Positions 26,559 through 34,930 of a stretch of 49,201 nucleotides of DNA are shown piece by piece. This stretch comes from Euryarchaeota archaeon UBA251 (lineage in GTDB: Archaea; Thermoplasmatota; Poseidoniia; Poseidoniales; Thalassarchaeaceae). How positions within the stretch are numbered: position 1 is the first letter of the stretch; every line of letters begins with the position of its first letter. The notes under the pieces were generated by a model that was not told the DNA's origin, made no database searches, and was given only the letters and a program-made list of their open reading frames with translations. The stretch covers positions 1-49,201 of the forward strand of contig DAFJ01000059.1 of assembly GCA_002497905.1 (NCBI GenBank). The letters run 5' to 3'. The translations under genes were made by a program, and so were the position numbers.

Positions 26559-29189
26559 ATGGGAGAAACACAGAATGAATCTCGTCTCCTAGTGTTCCTG
26601 TTGCCTGCGCTGTTAATTCCGTTAGGTCTTGCGTTTGGTAGTGGAGATGGTTCGACTGAGTGGTCTTTCCTCATTATTGCAGCACCAATGATTGCATTCC
26701 CGATTATTCTCATCGTGGGTCAGGTTTGGAATGGGCACAAATTTTGGAAAAACACACTGAAGGAAGGCGGGATCCCTGCTCTCATGACAATGACCGTGAC
26801 GCTTGGGGTCGGTATCTGGGTGCTTGTTGACCACCTCTGCGGATCGGCGCAACTGTCTGAGGACACTGCAGTGAATCTACTGAGTTGGATATCTTTCGAT
26901 GTCTTAGCTCATACCGAGGCTGGCTGGATGCTTGTTCCTGGATTTGAGGACATTACCTTTGGCGTATGGGTTGATCAGGTCACCCTCATGCTACTCTTCG
27001 TTGCCACCTTCCTAACCTTCCTAATCTGTTGGTTTGCAATCGGTTACATGACTACAGATGAGATTAACGAGAATCGAAACCATCGTTTCTTCGCAGAGTA
27101 TCTCCTCTTCACTGCAGGTATGTTCGGCATGGTGCTTGCTGACAACTTCCTCTGGTTGTTCATATTCTGGGAGATTATGGGTTTGTGCTCCTACCTACTC
27201 ATCGGATTCTACTACTGGAAACCGAGTGCTGCATCCGCGGCTAAGAAGGCATTCATGACAACACGTGTTGGCGACGTCTTCCTGATGGTGGGGCTTCTCA
27301 TCTTGTACAGAATCTATGGTTCACTAAATTTTGGCGTCGTCTTCGATGACCCATCTACTGGTGTTAATGGAGTACCTGTTGATGTCGAACTCCTTGGATG
27401 GGCACTTGTCATGCTCTTTATCGGGGCAGTGGGTAAGTCTGCTCAGTTCCCACTCCACGTGTGGCTACCAGATGCGATGGAAGGCCCTACTCCGGTTTCA
27501 GCCCTCATCCACGCAGCGACGATGGTGAATGCAGGATTGTATCTCGTCGCACGAATGGTCCCATTCTTTGATGTCGCTCATGGTGGCTTGGCAGGCCTTG
27601 AGAACATAGGTATCCTGATTGCATGGGTGGGTGGAATTACCGCATTCATGGCGGCAGGTATCGCTTTCGTTCAGAATGATATCAAGAAGGTACTAGCGTA
27701 TTCGACGATGAGTCAACTGGCCTACATATTCACGGGTTTGGGTGCAGCTCTCTGGTTCCTTAACCAAGAGGGTGATGCGATGCATACTGCCGGAGTCATT
27801 GTTCTAGGTTCTTCCCTTTTCCATCTCTTCAACCATGCAATGGCGAAAGGTATGCTGTTCATGGCATCCGGGTCGGTGATTCATGAGGTCCATCATGCAC
27901 ATGATCATTTACATCACGACACCCATGGTCACGAAGAAGATTTGAGCGAGGTCCCCAAGGCTCTTGTCGCTCTTGTCAAACATCTGAGAAGCGAGGGTAT
28001 GACTCTTCGAGAGTTCTTCTCTGATCTTGATGTTGACGATAGCCGTACTCTTGACCTCGACGAACTCCGTTCTGGACTAATGGGCGTCGGAATCGTCGAA
28101 GAAGAATCCGCTGTTGATGCGATGATTGCTGCAATGGATCGCAACGATGATGGCCAGATTGACCCCGTCGAACTAGATTCCTATATGATGGATTTCTTGA
28201 TTGGAGGGCGCGTCGAATCGCATGGTGGTCACGAAGAATTCGATCCTCAGGATATGCGAAACATGGGAGGTCTTGCAGCTCATCTTCCCGTTACCTCAAC
28301 GGCGATGATGTTAGGGTCCATGTCAATTATTGGCATTCCACTGATAGGGGGGTTCTGGTCGAAGGAAGGTATCGTTGGTTATACCTGGAAAGCATTCTTT
28401 GAGAATGAACCTCTGATGCTTGGACCTGCATTACTCGTTCTCATGACGGCAGGTATGACGGGCTTCTACATGACGCGTATGTGGATGATGACTTTCGCAG
28501 GTGCACCGAAGTCTGACGTGGTAGATCATGTTCACGAGACTACGCCATGGATCAAGACCCCTCTCGTAACCCTCTCAATCGTGACGGCCTTCACTGGCCT
28601 CCTGTTGACAATGTTTGGTGTAGTGAAATATCTCGGAGGTAAGTATGACGAGTTGAAGTTGTATGATTCCCATAGTTACGATCCATCAGTGATTGATGCA
28701 TTTGTTTACGCCCTTGAGCACGCCTTCTTACCTTCTGATCCAAACATGATGGCAGTTGGCTACACGACGATCGTACTCGCATTCTTGCTCGGACCTTGGT
28801 TTGCGATGCGCGTCCACGGTGGCTCTCTCAAAGAGGGTGCAGAGGCCTTCCCTCTCGTTGGATGGTTAGTCAGTCTTTCAGGACGGCCTAGCCGAATGGA
28901 TGCTTCCCGAATGGCTTCTTCCTCACTTGCAAGGGCATTGGAGAATCGGCTCTACATCGATGACCTTTACGATGAGATCATTCGTAGGACTGTGATACCG
29001 TTCTCTTATCTCAGCGCTTGGTTCGACAAGCGTGTCATAGATGGTATTGTGAAGAGTGTTGAACTTGGATCTCAGGGTGCGAGTCAGCGAATCCGATTAC
29101 TTACCACAGGAAGTGCTCGTGACTACATCTTGTATGCTACCGTTGGGGCATTAAGCATCACATTCATCCTAATGGGGGTGAGCCTTTGA
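26559..29189 (+). CDS. nuoL: Complex I-like subunit L (antiporter-like) with internal paired EF-hand insertion
   Basis: Motifs FWEIMGLCSYLLIGF, GKSAQFPLHVWLPDAMEGPTPVSALIHAATMV, DIKKVLAYSTMSQL and QDMRNMGGL; SD GAGGTGA before ATG 26559. Confidence 0.96.
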   Translation: MGETQNESRLLVFLLPALLIPLGLAFGSGDGSTEWSFLIIAAPMIAFPIILIVGQVWNGHKFWKNTLKEGGIPALMTMTVTLGVGIWVLVDHLCGSAQLSEDTAVNLLSWISFDVLAHTEAGWMLVPGFEDITFGVWVDQVTLMLLFVATFLTFLICWFAIGYMTTDEINENRNHRFFAEYLLFTAGMFGMVLADNFLWLFIFWEIMGLCSYLLIGFYYWKPSAASAAKKAFMTTRVGDVFLMVGLLILYRIYGSLNFGVVFDDPSTGVNGVPVDVELLGWALVMLFIGAVGKSAQFPLHVWLPDAMEGPTPVSALIHAATMVNAGLYLVARMVPFFDVAHGGLAGLENIGILIAWVGGITAFMAAGIAFVQNDIKKVLAYSTMSQLAYIFTGLGAALWFLNQEGDAMHTAGVIVLGSSLFHLFNHAMAKGMLFMASGSVIHEVHHAHDHLHHDTHGHEEDLSEVPKALVALVKHLRSEGMTLREFFSDLDVDDSRTLDLDELRSGLMGVGIVEEESAVDAMIAAMDRNDDGQIDPVELDSYMMDFLIGGRVESHGGHEEFDPQDMRNMGGLAAHLPVTSTAMMLGSMSIIGIPLIGGFWSKEGIVGYTWKAFFENEPLMLGPALLVLMTAGMTGFYMTRMWMMTFAGAPKSDVVDHVHETTPWIKTPLVTLSIVTAFTGLLLTMFGVVKYLGGKYDELKLYDSHSYDPSVIDAFVYALEHAFLPSDPNMMAVGYTTIVLAFLLGPWFAMRVHGGSLKEGAEAFPLVGWLVSLSGRPSRMDASRMASSSLARALENRLYIDDLYDEIIRRTVIPFSYLSAWFDKRVIDGIVKSVELGSQGASQRIRLLTTGSARDYILYATVGALSITFILMGVSL
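27926..28238 (+). repeat. 13-bp direct repeat TGGTCACGAAGAA (27926-27938 and 28226-28238) bounding the EF-hand insert of nuoL
   Basis: Two identical 13-mers exactly 300 nt apart and in frame; both encode GHEE. Confidence 0.85.
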
Positions 29190-30793
29190 ATTCGCTAGAG
29201 ATTCTCACTTTGACTCCTCTCGCTGCGGGTCTTATGCTTCTCTTCCTTCACGAGATTGTTCCGAACAATACCCGAGAGAAGGCAACTGAGCTGATTCGCT
29301 ACGCGAATCTTGGTATTGCTATCATTCTCTTCCTTCTTGCAACCCAAATCGGGTTTGAGACAGATTGGATTGACACATGGGCTGCAGGGAACTTTGGAGG
29401 CCAGAATGCATATGTCCTCGAGAGCACACCTGTGTCTTTGATTTCTAGCATAGGAGTCACTTGGCACATAGGTATCGATGCACTATCTTTCCCAATGGTT
29501 TGGTTGACTACACTGCTTATCCCCATCTCGATGCTTGTACAGTGGGATGCGGAGAAGGGTGCGCAGTTTCACAGCCTGATACTGATTATGGAAGGCGCAC
29601 TGCTTGGTGTGTTTGTCGTTCTTGACTTATTCATGTTCTACGCATTCTGGGAACTTACACTCGTTCCGATGTTTTTCCTGATTCTTGTATGGGGTGGAGC
29701 TGATCGCCGATATGCCGCAATGAAATTCTTCATCTATACATTCTCAGCGAGTATTCTGATGCTTATCGGCATCCTGATTGTCTACTTCCACAGTGCTCCT
29801 GCTGGTGACTTCACAGGCACTCTAACAGGCCATCATTTCGACATGGTTTCACTGATGCAACAATCGTCGTTAATCGATTCAGCGGGTTTGAGAATGGTTG
29901 TATTCCTTCTCCTTCTGGTTGGTTTCGCGACCAAGATGCCCAGCGTTCCAGTCCATACTTGGTTGCCCGATGCTCACGTCCAGGCCCCTACGGCTGGTTC
30001 GATGCTACTTGCAGGTGTGATGCTGAAGATGGGCGCCTACGGTTTCCTTCGCATAGCGGTCTCATTCTTCCCTCAGGAGACGGTTACCATGATTCCACTT
30101 CTAGTGTTCCTCGGGATGGCCAGCCTGTTTTACGGCGCATGGGTATGTCTTGGTCAGACGAATCTCAAGCGAATGGTTGCTTACTCTTCAGTTTCGCACA
30201 TGGGTCTAATTTTCCTCGGGATTGCAACAATGCAACCGCTTGGTATCGCAGGTGCGTTGTTCATGATGTTCGCTCATGGTCTGATCTCGCCTCTTCTTTT
30301 CGCCGTGTGTGGTTCTTTCAAACATCATTATCATACGCTTGAAATCGGTTCAATGCGCGGACTTGCCCACCATAGTCCGTTCATGGCTGGACACATGATG
30401 CTTGGTTGGATGGCAAGTCTTGGTCTACCGTTACTTGCTGGATTCGTTGCTGAGGTTGCAATTATGATTGCTTTCTGGATGACCTTCGGCTGGTGGGTGC
30501 TCATACCTGCTCTAACTCTCATCCTTACTGCTGGATACTATCTCTGGTCTATGCAGCGTACCATCTTCGAAGGAAGTGACCCCCACCGCGGTATTCTACC
30601 TGATACAATGCATGGTGAGGAACCGCGGGACATTACTTGGCATGAGAACGTCGGGATGTTCATTCTAGGCGCTCTTGCGATCCTCTTCGGTATTTTGCCA
30701 GCGATCTTCTTTGACATGATGTCGAATTGGAGTAGCGGTCTGGTGAGTGAGGTACTCATCGATGCTCTGACCCAACTGGAGGTGACCCCATGA
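29186..30793 (+). CDS. nuoM: Complex I-like subunit M
   Basis: Motifs FYAFWELTLVPMFFLI, KMPSVPVHTWLPDAHVQAPT, LKMGAYG and AYSSVSHMG. Confidence 0.96.
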   Translation: MNSLEILTLTPLAAGLMLLFLHEIVPNNTREKATELIRYANLGIAIILFLLATQIGFETDWIDTWAAGNFGGQNAYVLESTPVSLISSIGVTWHIGIDALSFPMVWLTTLLIPISMLVQWDAEKGAQFHSLILIMEGALLGVFVVLDLFMFYAFWELTLVPMFFLILVWGGADRRYAAMKFFIYTFSASILMLIGILIVYFHSAPAGDFTGTLTGHHFDMVSLMQQSSLIDSAGLRMVVFLLLLVGFATKMPSVPVHTWLPDAHVQAPTAGSMLLAGVMLKMGAYGFLRIAVSFFPQETVTMIPLLVFLGMASLFYGAWVCLGQTNLKRMVAYSSVSHMGLIFLGIATMQPLGIAGALFMMFAHGLISPLLFAVCGSFKHHYHTLEIGSMRGLAHHSPFMAGHMMLGWMASLGLPLLAGFVAEVAIMIAFWMTFGWWVLIPALTLILTAGYYLWSMQRTIFEGSDPHRGILPDTMHGEEPRDITWHENVGMFILGALAILFGILPAIFFDMMSNWSSGLVSEVLIDALTQLEVTP

Positions 30794-32583
30794 ATATCGA
30801 ATCACCGCTTCTAGCCAGTCCACTCTTAGGTGAAGTCCTTCGACCAGAGATGACGATTCTCATCGGCATAGTGCTCCTGATTGTGGTCCCTAACCTAGGC
30901 AATGCAACAATTCGTATTCCAATGACAAAGTTCCGAATCCCGGTATTCCTCGGAGGTCGTCGATTCACGGCGACTAGTGATCCTTTGATTCCAGGTGTGA
31001 TTTCGATGTTCGTATTGCTTCTCAGTATGGCTGCGAGTTTGATGACATTTGTCGATGGTCACGAACTCGTCAATGTCTGCATCTCAGCTAGTGGGGCAAT
31101 TCAGCAGGGTTGTACAGGGTCAGATTACATCCTTCGTTCGGATCCCTATAGCCGGCTGTTCACAACGATATTCTTCTTCGCACTCCTTCTCGGAACAGCG
31201 GCGATGATCAATCGAATGCCCGCCTTCGTTGATGCAAAGGCTCCTCATCCAGATGATACTGGAGCAACTCGAATTCATGCGATTCGTCGTCTTTTGAACA
31301 ATCGTCGTCAGGGTGATTTCCACCTTCTCATTCTCTTTGTTGCACTCGGTATGAGCATCGTTGCACTTTCGACACATCTCTTCCTGTTGTTTATTGGACT
31401 CGAACTCGCGTCTCTCGCAATCTACGTCTTAGTGGCTTTCATGAAGGAGGATGAGACCAGTGGTGAGGCTGCTACGAAGTACTTCCTAACTGGTTCAGTT
31501 GCAAGCGCAATAACTCTCTATGGCATGTCTTTGCTTTACGTTTGGAGCGGCTCCGCCTCGAATTATGCAACTGCTTCGCTTTCTCTGGTAGGGCCCAATG
31601 GCCTTGCAGCGACTTGGCAGGCGATGGATTCGATAGATCCATTGGCAGCCATCGGTTTTGGCATGGTACTCGTTGGATTTGGCTTCAAGATTAGTGCAGT
31701 TCCTTTCCACTTCGCCGCTCCAGATGCCTACTCTGGAACCTCCGCTCCGATGGCACTGATCCTTGCGACTGCATCTAAAGCGATGGGTTTCGCTGCACTC
31801 ATCCGCATCCTCATCGTGATGGCAATGCCAGAGTATGGGGCTGAAGCGACTTGGCTCATCTTAGTGGGTATCCTCTCTGTGGTTACCATGACCTGGGGTA
31901 ATCTCGCTGCACTCTCCACTGAGAACCCCAAGCGGATGCTTGCATACTCAAGTGTAGCACACGCCGGGTATCTTCTCGCTGCCTTGGCAGCACTTGGTTC
32001 TGGTATGGCAGGTGCAGCAACCTCCCGCCTTCTAGTTACAGCCGTGGTGTTCCACCTTCTCGTCCTGTCTTTCTTCAAGTCCGGTGCGTTCCTCGTTCTT
32101 ACACTCACTGAGATGAAGGGCGATGATACGAACAAGATGGAGTCCCTCTACGGACTCGGTCGACGTGATCCAATTATGGCGGCGGCTATGTTCGTGTTCA
32201 TGCTCGCTCTCGCGGGTGTTCCTCCACTATCCGGATTCCTATCCAAGTTCCTTGTGATTGATGGTATTGTAACGGCTAGCACAGCGAGCGGTTCACTTTC
32301 TGCGGGCGGCGCTATTGAGTGGTTATCTAGTGTTCACTGGGTCTTCTGGCTAGCTGTTGCGATGGCAGTCAACAGTGCCTTGTCACTATTCTATTATCTG
32401 CGAATTGGACAGGTCATGTTCTTTGAAACACCACGTTCAATCCGCCCTCTCCCCGAAGCTCCTATGATTCGTATCGCTGTAATCCTCTGTTTGTTCTTGA
32501 CTGTGCTTGCGGGCCTCGGTCCCTTCAGTCAAACTCTTGTCGATATGGCGACTATGGCGGCGCAGGAACTACTGCGTGTCTGA
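30790..32583 (+). CDS. nuoN: Complex I-like subunit N
   Basis: Motifs EAATKYF, FKISAVPFH..PDAY, KRMLAYSSVAHAGY, LAGVPPLSGFLSKF and SLFYYLR. Confidence 0.96.
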   Translation: MNIESPLLASPLLGEVLRPEMTILIGIVLLIVVPNLGNATIRIPMTKFRIPVFLGGRRFTATSDPLIPGVISMFVLLLSMAASLMTFVDGHELVNVCISASGAIQQGCTGSDYILRSDPYSRLFTTIFFFALLLGTAAMINRMPAFVDAKAPHPDDTGATRIHAIRRLLNNRRQGDFHLLILFVALGMSIVALSTHLFLLFIGLELASLAIYVLVAFMKEDETSGEAATKYFLTGSVASAITLYGMSLLYVWSGSASNYATASLSLVGPNGLAATWQAMDSIDPLAAIGFGMVLVGFGFKISAVPFHFAAPDAYSGTSAPMALILATASKAMGFAALIRILIVMAMPEYGAEATWLILVGILSVVTMTWGNLAALSTENPKRMLAYSSVAHAGYLLAALAALGSGMAGAATSRLLVTAVVFHLLVLSFFKSGAFLVLTLTEMKGDDTNKMESLYGLGRRDPIMAAAMFVFMLALAGVPPLSGFLSKFLVIDGIVTASTASGSLSAGGAIEWLSSVHWVFWLAVAMAVNSALSLFYYLRIGQVMFFETPRSIRPLPEAPMIRIAVILCLFLTVLAGLGPFSQTLVDMATMAAQELLRV

Positions 32584-32636
32584 AACCCACTCCTGACCGT
32601 GCCTGTTTTTATTGGGTGGGCTGCAGCCTGAGGTAG

Positions 32637-33281
32637 ATGGGACGTCGTCGTGAAGAGAAGGTGGACGAGGAACTCCTCGCCCAGATGGAGTCTGGAGAAG
32701 GCACCAGTCGCATTCGAGTCCCTCTCCCAAAACGCAAGGTGAATGAGATGTTCGCTATTGCTGACCAAATGCTTGGAGGGCGACGTGTCCGTGCAATTTG
32801 TGAGGATGGTGAGGTGCGCATCGCTCGTATTCCAGGTAAGATGCGCCGCCGACAATGGGTCCGTGAAGAGGATCTAATTGTAGTGCAGCCATGGGAATAT
32901 CAGGACGATCGCGCGAACGTCATTTCCCGTTATTCGAAGACTCAAGCGATGTATCTTTCCCGTAAGGGTCAACTTCCACCTATTGTCGATGTATTCGGTA
33001 CCAAAGAAGACCCCGTTGATATGGGAGATGACAGCGGTATCTTTGCTTCAGAGGACGATGATGATGGGGGTCTCTTTGGAGATGATGATGATGGTTCCCT
33101 TTTCGATTCCGAGGGTAGCGATGATGTAGATGACACGTCTCTATCAGTTGATGATTCTGAGGAGGAAGAGGTACCTGATGAGGAACCTGAACAATCCCCA
33201 TCTCCTGAGCCTTCAAAGACATCTGATAATTCAAACATCGATGATGACGATGATATGGACATTGACTCCTTCTTTGGATGA
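32637..33281 (+). CDS. eif1a: Translation initiation factor aIF-1A with long acidic C-terminal tail
   Basis: OB-fold motif MLGGRRVRAICEDGEVRIARIPGKMRRRQWVREEDLIVVQPW; directly upstream of rio1. Confidence 0.93.
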   Translation: MGRRREEKVDEELLAQMESGEGTSRIRVPLPKRKVNEMFAIADQMLGGRRVRAICEDGEVRIARIPGKMRRRQWVREEDLIVVQPWEYQDDRANVISRYSKTQAMYLSRKGQLPPIVDVFGTKEDPVDMGDDSGIFASEDDDDGGLFGDDDDGSLFDSEGSDDVDDTSLSVDDSEEEEVPDEEPEQSPSPEPSKTSDNSNIDDDDDMDIDSFFG

Positions 33282-33290
33282 GGTGAAGTC

Positions 33291-34154
33291 TTGGACGACA
33301 TGGATCCCTTCGAGGATGAAATCGAGGAGATTGACACGAAGGAAATGCATGGCGAAGGTGGGTATGCCACTGAGTGGATGGAACAGCCCAAGATGAAGCG
33401 AATGTTTCAGGAGATTGAACATCGACTTGATGGTGTACTTGGCAAAGGACAGTATGAGTGGGTAGATCGTCGAGTATTCGATCAGGTGTTTGATCGATCC
33501 ACACTCTTATCCATCTACAAACTGATGCGGCAGGGAGAGGTAGATACAATCGAGTTTCCTATTGCCAGTGGTAAGGAGGCGCATGTTTTCTATGCAACAA
33601 GTCCGAACGGGCCACGTGCAGTGAAGATATTCCATACCACCAATGCGGTCTTCAAGAGCCTAACAAAATACATCGAGGGTGATCCGCGATTTGGAGGGTT
33701 GAGCCGCCGCCATCGTGAACTAGTGACTATTTGGGTGCGTAAGGAGCATCGGAATCTCAAGCGGCTGGAGAACTGTGGGTTGCAAGTTCCTGCAGCCTTT
33801 GGAGTCAATCGAAATGTGCTTGTTATGGAATACCTTGGATCACCCCAAGGTCCGAGCCCTCGTATCCGTGATATCCAGATTGAGAATCCGGAAGCAGTGT
33901 TCAATGAACTTGTAGATTTCATGCGAATAGCTTGGAATGTTGCCGAAATTGTTCATGCAGATCTCTCAGAGTATAATGTTCTGTGGCATGATGGCGAGCC
34001 TTGGATTATCGATGTCGGCCAAGCGGTGAAGACAGCACATCCCAATGCGCAAGAGTTTCTGATCCGTGATGTACGAAATGTCTGTCGATGGGCGGATCGT
34101 CTTGGTGTAGATGCACCCTTCGAGGAAACCTTACTCCGTGTTCTAGAGGACTGA
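33291..34154 (+). CDS. rio1: RIO1-family Ser/Thr kinase
   Basis: Motifs IASGKEA, AVKIF, KEHRNL, VHADLSEYN and IDVGQAV; TTG start after SD GAGGTGA. Confidence 0.93.
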   Translation: MDDMDPFEDEIEEIDTKEMHGEGGYATEWMEQPKMKRMFQEIEHRLDGVLGKGQYEWVDRRVFDQVFDRSTLLSIYKLMRQGEVDTIEFPIASGKEAHVFYATSPNGPRAVKIFHTTNAVFKSLTKYIEGDPRFGGLSRRHRELVTIWVRKEHRNLKRLENCGLQVPAAFGVNRNVLVMEYLGSPQGPSPRIRDIQIENPEAVFNELVDFMRIAWNVAEIVHADLSEYNVLWHDGEPWIIDVGQAVKTAHPNAQEFLIRDVRNVCRWADRLGVDAPFEETLLRVLED

Positions 34155-34197
34155 GTCACCATCGGGTTCAAGTGGACCAGCGGAGGACGCAGGTCCG

Positions 34198-34929
34198 ATG
34201 GAACTGCTTGCGCGGATTGCCAAGGATCGTATTGGCGTCCTTATTGGCAAAGGTGGCGATACTAAGCGGGCCATCGAGGAGGAGGCTCGTTGTAAACTCC
34301 ATATCGACTCAGATAGCGGTGAAATCTCTGCGGATTGGGATGATGATAGCGATCCCATCATTCGTCTGAAGATGCCCGATCTAATACGTGCGATTGGACG
34401 GGGCATGTCACCACAGCGGGCTATTCAGTTGTTGGATGACGATGTGCATTTGAGAATGTACGACATTCGCGATTGGGTTGGCCGTCAGCCCAACCAAATC
34501 AAGCGCATGCGAGGACGTGTGATTGGGAGAGATGGACGTATCCGCGAACTCGTAGAGGAGTTGAGTGGTGTTGAGATTGTTGTTTATCGTTCTACCATCC
34601 TCGTAGTCGGTGATATTGAATCCCTAGCGGTAGGTTCTGCTGCGGTCGAACGTCTTCTTGGAGGATCGGAGCATGGCACAGTTCTAAAGTTCCTTGAAAA
34701 GGAGAAGCGGCGACAGAAAATCGAACGTCAGACATTGCCGATGCATTCGGAGCGTCAAGTAACCGGTTCTGCAAGATTCGACGATCTAGTTCCTGGACTT
34801 GCGGCAGCGCGCGAACGTCGTAATCAGCGGCGATTCAAAGGAATCCAAGTAGATCCTGAGGATGAGTCAGCAATTTCTGAGATGATGGGTCTTGCAGAGG
34901 ATGAGCATGTCCGATACGAGGAAGAGTGA
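34198..34929 (+). CDS. KH-domain pre-rRNA processing protein (Dim2/Pno1 family)
   Basis: Two KH GxxG motifs (IGVLIGKGG, GRVIGRDG), AIGRGMSP and GSEHGTV; conserved aIF1A-RIO1-Dim2 synteny. Confidence 0.9.
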   Translation: MELLARIAKDRIGVLIGKGGDTKRAIEEEARCKLHIDSDSGEISADWDDDSDPIIRLKMPDLIRAIGRGMSPQRAIQLLDDDVHLRMYDIRDWVGRQPNQIKRMRGRVIGRDGRIRELVEELSGVEIVVYRSTILVVGDIESLAVGSAAVERLLGGSEHGTVLKFLEKEKRRQKIERQTLPMHSERQVTGSARFDDLVPGLAAARERRNQRRFKGIQVDPEDESAISEMMGLAEDEHVRYEEE

Positions 34930-34930
34930 T

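Noticed and set aside
27939-28225. NuoL insert as an intein or transposon
   Set aside because: No Cys/Ser start or His-Asn end, no transposase and no terminal inverted repeats; the content is an EF-hand pair.
32969-33549. Antisense ORFs over aIF1A/rio1, and the many other short overlapping ORFs in the track
   Set aside because: Shadow frames of well-supported genes; their Ser/His-rich composition mirrors acidic codons on the coding strand.
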